DNA of 64,000 nucleotides from Escherichia coli (GTDB lineage Bacteria; Pseudomonadota; Gammaproteobacteria; Enterobacterales; Enterobacteriaceae): NCBI RefSeq assembly GCF_036507355.1, contig NZ_AP027877.1; one strand, 5' to 3'. Shown piece by piece: positions 56,007 to 64,000 of this stretch (position 1 is its first letter; each line of letters starts with the position of its first letter). The notes under the pieces were generated by a model. It saw only the letters and a program-made list of their open reading frames with translations, ran no database searches and was not told where the DNA came from. The position numbers and the translations under genes were made by a program.

Positions 56007-57329
56007 TTACAACGACTGATGTCGCGTCTCATGGGTCAGCAGCAGGGCGATTAACGTCAAGCCAGCCATCGCCGCCAGATATAACCCCACCGCACCTAAC
56101 CCGTAGTTAGTCTGCAACCAGGCTGCGATATACGGCGCAACGGAAGCCCCGAGAATCGACGCTACGTTGTAAGAGAATGATGCTCCGGTGTAACGCACTT
56201 CTGTTGGGAACAGCTCTGGTAACAGCGCGCCCATCGGCCCGAAGGTCAGCCCCATCAGACTTAACCCCAGCAGCAGGAAGGCAAAAACCAGAATCGGGTT
56301 GCCAGAACCGAGCAGCGGGTTAAAGGCGAACAGCGCGAACAGGATGATCAGCGTGGTGATAATTACCATGCTTTTACGGCGACCAAAGGCATCAGCCAGT
56401 AATCCGGCGACTGGCACCATCACGCCAAAACCAATAACTGCCATCATCAGCATCCACAACACTTCGTTACGCGGCAGGCCAAGCCCAACTGGCGCGGCGG
56501 CGGTACTGAAGGTCATAGAGTAGACCGTCATGATGTAAAACAGCGTATAGGTTGCCAGCATAATGAACGTACCCAGTACGGTTACGCGAACATGTTTGGT
56601 CAGCAGCGTACCCAGCGGGATCTTCACCTGTTTTTTCGCTTTAGCGACTTTCTCAAACACCGGCGACTCATGCAGCGACACGCGAACATACAGGCCGATA
56701 ATGACCAGCACCGCCGAGAAGATAAATGGCACACGCCAGCCCCAGCTCATAAACTGCTCGTCGGTCAGTAGCCAGGAAAGCAGCAAGAAAGTGCCGTTGG
56801 CAAAGAAGAAGCCAATCGGTGCGCCCAGCTGTGGGAAGGAGCCATACAGAGCACGTTTGCGCGGTGGGGCGTTTTCAGTCGCCAGCAGCGCCGCACCGCC
56901 CCATTCACCGCCTAAGCCAAGACCCTGACCAAATCGAGCCAGCGCCAGCAGCAGCGGGGCGAAAATACCAATCGTGGCATAGCCCGGCAGCAGACCAATC
57001 ACCACGGTCGAAATCCCCATCGTTAGCAACGAGGCGACCAGCGTCGCTTTACGCCCAACGCGATCGCCAAAATGACCAAATACGGCAGAGCCAATGGGGC
57101 GCGCGACGAAGGCGATGGCGAAGGTGGCGAGCGACTGTAGCGTTGCTGCCGTAGGATCGCCCTGCGGGAAGAAGATATGCGGAAATACAATAACGGCCGC
57201 AGTGGCGTAAATGTAAAAGTCGAAGAACTCAATGGCCGTGCCAATGAGAGAGGCGACAAGGACTTTATTACGCGAGTTGATCGGCGTGTATTCTTGCTCG
57301 TGGTCGAGTGTTGTGGCTGTTGCTTGCAT
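56007..57329 (-). CDS. yhjE: MFS transporter YhjE (metabolite:H+ symporter family)
   Basis: 440-aa 12-TM ORF; synteny. Confidence 0.9.
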   Translation of the reverse strand: MQATATTLDHEQEYTPINSRNKVLVASLIGTAIEFFDFYIYATAAVIVFPHIFFPQGDPTAATLQSLATFAIAFVARPIGSAVFGHFGDRVGRKATLVASLLTMGISTVVIGLLPGYATIGIFAPLLLALARFGQGLGLGGEWGGAALLATENAPPRKRALYGSFPQLGAPIGFFFANGTFLLLSWLLTDEQFMSWGWRVPFIFSAVLVIIGLYVRVSLHESPVFEKVAKAKKQVKIPLGTLLTKHVRVTVLGTFIMLATYTLFYIMTVYSMTFSTAAAPVGLGLPRNEVLWMLMMAVIGFGVMVPVAGLLADAFGRRKSMVIITTLIILFALFAFNPLLGSGNPILVFAFLLLGLSLMGLTFGPMGALLPELFPTEVRYTGASFSYNVASILGASVAPYIAAWLQTNYGLGAVGLYLAAMAGLTLIALLLTHETRHQSL

Positions 57330-57640
57330 AATCTTTTCTTATTTTTTGGCTAACGAATAGCCATATTACGCACAGCAAAAGTGATATTTCAATGTGTAAC
57401 AAATCGCGGAAATGGTCAAAAATAAGGCAAAAAGGGGATAATGTTTAGGCCAGTGATTTTTCTTCTATGAAATGCTTCACATAATTTTATAAATGGTGGA
57501 TAAAACTGGTTTCAGGTTAAATAAAAGTTACCAACTGGATTTATATGCTGGGGTTATGAGTTGGCATGAAATTGTTTGCTCCCAAATAGATGGCTGAAGA
57601 GGCTCTGGGGAAGAGTTTCAAGAGGTTATGTGCGCATTAT

Positions 57641-57718
57641 AGCCGGATGCGATGCTGGCGCATCTTATCCGGCCTACGGGGAGCCAGGCCGAATAAATTC
57701 GTACGCCGCATCCGGCCT
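57641..57718. repeat. REP elements between yhjE and yhjD
   Basis: agccggatgcgatgctggcgcatcttatccggcctac and gccgaataaattcgtacgccgcatccggcct. Confidence 0.6.
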
Positions 57719-57721
57719 ATT

Positions 57722-58735
57722 TTAAGGCTGCGTTTTCCCCGGCATTCGCGGGTCGTCTTTATATTCGGCGGTGGCAATCCACGCCGCGCAAAACAGCGTC
57801 AAACGGGCGAAGAAGTAGAAAAATGCCATCAGCCCCAGCACGGAACCAAATGCTGCACCAGAGGGGGATTTCATCAGCGATGGCAGGGTGTAGGTCATCA
57901 CGATTTTAATCACTTCAAAACCAATAGCAGCCAGAAATGTTCCGCGAATCAGGGCTTTTTTGCGCGGACGGTGGCGCGGTAACCGCCAGAAGATCCAGAA
58001 GAAAAGCAGATAGTTGGCGAAGATGGAAATCGCCAGGCCAATCAACCGCCACGTCGGTTTCAGCCACTCAATGCTGTTCAGGTGCAGGGCGCTAATAATC
58101 ATTTGCTGCGCCGAACCGGCAACCGAGGTGATCGAAAGCGTCACAATCAGCGCAATCAACAAACCAATCAGCGAAATAAAATCACGCAGATATTTTACCC
58201 AGAACTTCTCCTGATCTTGCGGCGAGCGTTCCCAGACATCGCGCGACTGGGCACGAATCGCTTCACGCAGGTTACCCATCCAGTTGATGCCGGAATAAAG
58301 CGCCACCGCCAGGCCGACCAGCCCTACAGTCGTACGCTGCTGAACGGCGGTGTTGATGGTGTTTTTCAACGTAGCGGCTAGCGTCGGATCGCTGATGTTT
58401 TGCAGAATTTTGTCGAAGATATCCTGTAGCAACATCGGATGGGAGGCCAGCACAAAGCCCCCTGCGGCAAACGACACCATCAAAATCGGGATCATCGACA
58501 AAAATGAGAAATAGGTGATAGCCGCACCAAACTGGTTACCCAGCCGATCGTTAAAGCGTTCTGTCGCGCGAATAAGGTGCGCAATAATTGGTTGGCGTTG
58601 GACTTTTTCGGCAGTGGTGGTGACGGTTTCCAGCGCCTGGCTAACTTTGCCGCCTTTCTCGCTATTATCCAACGGCTTAATCGGCTCGTGCTCCAGATCC
58701 TGGGTGGGACGTTTGATCTCGTTTTCCTGCGTCAT
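57722..58735 (-). CDS. yhjD: Inner-membrane protein YhjD (YihY/virulence-factor BrkB family)
   Basis: 337-aa polytopic ORF; synteny. Confidence 0.85.
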   Translation of the reverse strand: MTQENEIKRPTQDLEHEPIKPLDNSEKGGKVSQALETVTTTAEKVQRQPIIAHLIRATERFNDRLGNQFGAAITYFSFLSMIPILMVSFAAGGFVLASHPMLLQDIFDKILQNISDPTLAATLKNTINTAVQQRTTVGLVGLAVALYSGINWMGNLREAIRAQSRDVWERSPQDQEKFWVKYLRDFISLIGLLIALIVTLSITSVAGSAQQMIISALHLNSIEWLKPTWRLIGLAISIFANYLLFFWIFWRLPRHRPRKKALIRGTFLAAIGFEVIKIVMTYTLPSLMKSPSGAAFGSVLGLMAFFYFFARLTLFCAAWIATAEYKDDPRMPGKTQP

Positions 58736-58783
58736 CCGCTCTTTTGTCCTTCTGTCGTGGTCATTCTTAAAAAGTATAGTCGG

Positions 58784-59683
58784 TCAGTCCAGGTACTCTT
58801 TCATTACGCCAGCCAGCCACTGCATAAACAGGTTTACACGCCGGGAAAGCTCCCGACGCTGCGGATAAACCAGCGAAAGGGAGAGCGGCTCGGCACGGTA
58901 GCCTGGCAACACTTCAATAAGCCGCCCGGCACGCAGGGCTTCGCGCACGGCAATGCGCGGGATCTGAATAATCCCCAGACCGGCAAGACCGGCGGCGAGA
59001 TAGTTTTCGCTACTGTTTACCGTCAACATGCCGCCAGACTTAAACCACTGGACGCCATTAACGCTGGCAACCTCAAAACCTAACGGATGTACACCCAGGT
59101 GCGGTGTATAACGCACTATTGCGTGTGAAGTCAGATCATCGGGGCTTTGCGGATAACCAAAGCGCGTCAGATAGTGCGGACTGGCACAGTTGACCATGGT
59201 CAGTTTGCCGAGGGGACGGGCGATAACGCCATCTTCCGGTAACGCGCCAGTGCGTATCACGCAATCAAAACCATCATGAAGAATATCTACCGGACGGTCA
59301 TGGCTACTCAGTTCCAGCTCAATTCCCGGATGCTGATAGAGAAATTCCGACAGGTGCGGCAGTAACAGGCTTTTCGCGATTCCTGGCGGGATGTCGATGC
59401 GTAATTTACCGCTGATACTGGTGGCATCCTGCTGAAACAGACCGTCCAGTTCGTTGAGATTACTCAACACATCTTTTGCTCGTTGATAATAGGTCATGCC
59501 TTCTGGCGTGAGTTTGACCCGTCGCGTGGTGCGCTGGAGAAGCTGGGTGCCAAGTTGATGTTCCAGTGCCTGTATCTGGCGCGAAATACTTCCTTTTGGC
59601 AAAGCAAAGAAATCCGCCGCGCGGGAAAAACTTTCCAGCTCCGCGACTTTGATGAACAACTGCATTGCGTGAATTTTATCCAT
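58784..59683 (-). CDS. yhjC: LysR-family transcriptional regulator YhjC
   Basis: Start MDKIHAMQLFIKVAELESFSRAADF (299 aa), N-terminal HTH. Confidence 0.85.
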   Translation of the reverse strand: MDKIHAMQLFIKVAELESFSRAADFFALPKGSISRQIQALEHQLGTQLLQRTTRRVKLTPEGMTYYQRAKDVLSNLNELDGLFQQDATSISGKLRIDIPPGIAKSLLLPHLSEFLYQHPGIELELSSHDRPVDILHDGFDCVIRTGALPEDGVIARPLGKLTMVNCASPHYLTRFGYPQSPDDLTSHAIVRYTPHLGVHPLGFEVASVNGVQWFKSGGMLTVNSSENYLAAGLAGLGIIQIPRIAVREALRAGRLIEVLPGYRAEPLSLSLVYPQRRELSRRVNLFMQWLAGVMKEYLD

Positions 59684-60202
59684 TTCTTTGACCGATTGTT
59701 GTTCACAGCGAAACAGTAACGCGCATATCGCATTGTTTATTGTTTTTTCTAACATCTAATGCCGGGTTTCACAATGTTGTCATAACGAATGTGGCGATTT
59801 CTCAGCAGGAAAAGGGCGGAATAGCTTTCTGAGAATGGTGAATCCCCTTAAACAGAGCGTATTTTTCAGCGATTCCCTTTAAAGTGAATAGAGGACGTAT
59901 TGGCTATTTGTGCTTATTTTTGTCTCATTGCCGTTTGTTATTTTGGCTTGTGGTCGCGGAATTTCATTTTTAATTGCATGCGTACTAACCATCAATATAA
60001 GGAAATCCTCAAAATTGTTTTAAATAGTGCCCTCGACATGTAATTTCAGGCGTTTAGCTGTAACTATTTATATCGGTAACTATTTTCTACGCGTCATCTC
60101 TGTAGAATGGCCACCGCCAAATGGCGAATTCTTATTTTTTCTCGCGGGTAATACCCTTCCACTACTTAAGTCTTTTTAACATATTCAGGTGGAGATTCAG
60201 TT

Positions 60203-60805
60203 ATGCAAATAGTCATGTTTGACAGGCAGTCAATATTTATTCATGGAATGAAAATCAGTTTACAGCAGCGTATTCCAGGAGTGAGTATTCAGGGGGCCAG
60301 TCAGGCAGACGAGTTATGGCAAAAGCTGGAAAGTTACCCTGAAGCCTTAGTTATGCTCGATGGCGATCAGGATGGTGAGTTTTGCTACTGGCTGCTGCAA
60401 AAAACCGTGGTGCAATTTCCTGAGGTTAAGGTGTTAATTACGGCGACGGATTGCAATAAACGGTGGTTACAGGAAGTTATCCATTTTAATGTGCTGGCCA
60501 TTGTGCCTCGTGATTCAACCGTCGAGACATTTGCGTTGGCGGTAAATAGTGCGGCGATGGGGATGATGTTTCTGCCTGGAGACTGGCGGACGACGCCGGA
60601 AAAGGACATTAAAGATCTCAAATCGTTAAGCGCCCGCCAGCGGGAGATTTTAACCATGTTAGCGGCGGGCGAATCAAACAAGGAGATCGGCAGAGCGCTG
60701 AATATCAGTACCGGAACGGTAAAAGCGCATCTGGAATCCCTGTATCGCCGTCTGGAAGTGAAAAATCGCACCCAGGCGGCAATGATGTTAAATATCTCCT
60801 CCTGA
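60203..60805 (+). CDS. yhjB: LuxR/FixJ-family response-regulator-like protein YhjB
   Basis: 200-aa ORF with C-terminal LuxR-type HTH; stop codon lies inside the IS4 target duplication. Confidence 0.85.
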   Translation: MQIVMFDRQSIFIHGMKISLQQRIPGVSIQGASQADELWQKLESYPEALVMLDGDQDGEFCYWLLQKTVVQFPEVKVLITATDCNKRWLQEVIHFNVLAIVPRDSTVETFALAVNSAAMGMMFLPGDWRTTPEKDIKDLKSLSARQREILTMLAAGESNKEIGRALNISTGTVKAHLESLYRRLEVKNRTQAAMMLNISS

Positions 60806-60807
60806 AG

Positions 60808-62233
60808 TAATGCCGATCAGTTAAGGATCAGTTGACCGATCCAGTGGCTGTGTAAGAATCCGGAAACGCTCACTCGTTTCCGGATTTTTTTATGCACATT
60901 GGACAGGCTCTTGATCTGGTATCCCGTTACGATTCTCTGCGTAACCCACTGACTTCTCTGGGGGATTACCTCGACCCCGAACTCATCTCTCGTTGCCTTG
61001 CCGAATCAGGTACTGTAACGCTACGCAAGCGCCGTCTTCCCCTCGAAATGATGGTCTGGTGTATTGTTGGCATGGCGCTTGAGCGTAAAGAACCTCTTCA
61101 CCAGATTGTGAATCGCCTGGACATCATGCTGCCGGGCAATCGCCCCTTCGTTGCCCCCAGTGCTGTTATTCAGGCCCGCCAGCGCCTGGGAAGTGAGGCT
61201 GTCCGCCGCGTGTTCACGAAAACAGCGCAGCTCTGGCATAACGCCACGCCGCATCCGCACTGGTGCGGCCTGACCCTGCTGGCCATCGATGGTGTGTTCT
61301 GGCGCACACCGGATACACCAGAGAACGATGCAGCCTTCCCTCGCCAGACACATGCCGGGACCCCGGCGCTCTACCCGCAGGTCAAAATGGTCTGCCAGAT
61401 GGAACTGACCAGCCATCTGCTGACGGCTGCAGCCTTCGGCACGATGAAGAACAGCGAAAATGAGCTTGCTGAGCAACTTATAGAACAAACCGGCGATAAC
61501 ACTCTGACGTTAATGGATAAAGGTTATTACTCACTGGGATTGTTAAATGCCTGGAGCCTGGCGGGAGAACACCGCCACTGGATGATCCCTCTCAGAAAGG
61601 GAGCGCAATATGAAGAGATCAGAAAACTGGGTAAAGGCGATCATCTGGTGAAGCTGAAAACCAGCCCGCAGGCACGAAAAAAGTGGCCGGGACTGGGAAA
61701 TGAGGTGACAGCCCGCCTGCTGACCGTGACGCGCAAAGGAAAAGTCTGCCATCTGCTGACGTCGATGACGGACGCCATGCGCTTCCCCGGAGGAGAAATG
61801 GCGGATCTGTACAGTCATCGCTGGGAAATCGAACTGGGATACAGGGAGATAAAACAGACGATGCAACTGAGCAGGCTGACGCTGAGAAGTAAAAAGCCTG
61901 AGCTTGTGGAGCAAGAGCTGTGGGGTGTCTTACTGGCTTATAATCTGGTGAGATATCAGATGATTAAAATGGCGGAACATCTGAAAGGTTACTGGCCAAA
62001 TCAACTGAGCTTCTCAGAATCATGCGGAATGGTGATGAGAATGCTGATGATATTGCAGGGCGCTTCACCGGGACGTATACCGGAGCTGATGCGCGATCTT
62101 GCAAGTATGGGACAACTTGTGAAATTACCGACAAGAAGGGAAAGGGCCTTCCCGAGAGTGGTAAAGGAGAGGCCCTGGAAATACCCCACAGCCCCGAAAA
62201 AGAGCCAGTCAGTTGCTTAACTGACTGGCATTA
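60808..62233 (+). mobile_element. Complete IS4 insertion sequence (1426 bp) with imperfect 18-bp terminal inverted repeats and 12-bp target-site duplication
   Basis: Left end TAATGCCGATCAGTTAAGG, right end ...CTTAACTGACTGGCATTA; CTCCTCCTGAAG present at 60796-60807 and 62234-62245. Confidence 0.92.
60892..62220 (+). CDS. insG: IS4 transposase
   Basis: 442-aa uninterrupted ORF occupying nearly the whole element. Confidence 0.9.
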   Translation: MHIGQALDLVSRYDSLRNPLTSLGDYLDPELISRCLAESGTVTLRKRRLPLEMMVWCIVGMALERKEPLHQIVNRLDIMLPGNRPFVAPSAVIQARQRLGSEAVRRVFTKTAQLWHNATPHPHWCGLTLLAIDGVFWRTPDTPENDAAFPRQTHAGTPALYPQVKMVCQMELTSHLLTAAAFGTMKNSENELAEQLIEQTGDNTLTLMDKGYYSLGLLNAWSLAGEHRHWMIPLRKGAQYEEIRKLGKGDHLVKLKTSPQARKKWPGLGNEVTARLLTVTRKGKVCHLLTSMTDAMRFPGGEMADLYSHRWEIELGYREIKQTMQLSRLTLRSKKPELVEQELWGVLLAYNLVRYQMIKMAEHLKGYWPNQLSFSESCGMVMRMLMILQGASPGRIPELMRDLASMGQLVKLPTRRERAFPRVVKERPWKYPTAPKKSQSVA

Positions 62234-62293
62234 CTCCTCCTGAAGAGGATAATTTTACAGCCAGCAGGAAGTTAGCGGCTGGCTGTAAAAATA

Positions 62294-63973
<1,680 letters not shown>

Positions 63974-64000
63974 TTATCGGCTTTTCTTTAATGGTAGTCA

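Noticed and set aside
59684..60202. 519-bp yhjC-yhjB divergent intergenic region as a possible hidden small gene or sRNA
   Set aside because: AT-rich with promoter-like hexamers and one weak hairpin (ccgcca-aa-tggcg plus T-run near 60112-60140), but no ORF with a Shine-Dalgarno and no strong structure; most simply divergent promoters. Would need transcriptome data.

Overview
This window is an Enterobacterial (Escherichia coli-type) chromosomal segment, colinear in reverse orientation with the K-12 malS-xyl-glyQS-cspA-bisC-dpp-bcs-treF region, and I recognise almost every gene in it. Gene order is malS' (partial) - bax - xylR/HGF <> xylAB - yiaB - yiaA - wecH - ysaB - glyQS - hokA - cspA - yiaG - yiaF - ghrB - yiaD - bisC - yiaC - tag - yhjY - yhjX - [lpfABCDE] - eptB - proK - dppABCDF - yhjV - rdlD/ldrD - [bcsZ 3' stub] - bcsC (frameshifted) - pdeK - dctA - yhjJ - kdgK - pdeH - yhjG - yhjE - yhjD - yhjC - yhjB - [IS4] - treF. 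I do not see a convincing previously undescribed multi-gene system: there is no CRISPR array, phage integrase, restriction-modification or other defence-like cassette, and no long unexplained ORF. What departs from the K-12 reference layout is (1) a five-gene chaperone-usher fimbrial operon (lpf-type) with a very AT-rich 5' region between yhjX and eptB, (2) loss of the cellulose-synthesis genes between ldrD and the last ~70 codons of bcsZ, together with a -1 frameshift in bcsC, (3) a complete 1426-bp IS4 with a 12-bp target duplication just after the yhjB stop codon, and (4) a hokA locus without the IS150 copy found there in K-12. Gene identities come from reading the supplied ORF translations and from synteny; no database search was run. 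Coordinates of short motifs are read off by hand and may be off by 1-2 nt.
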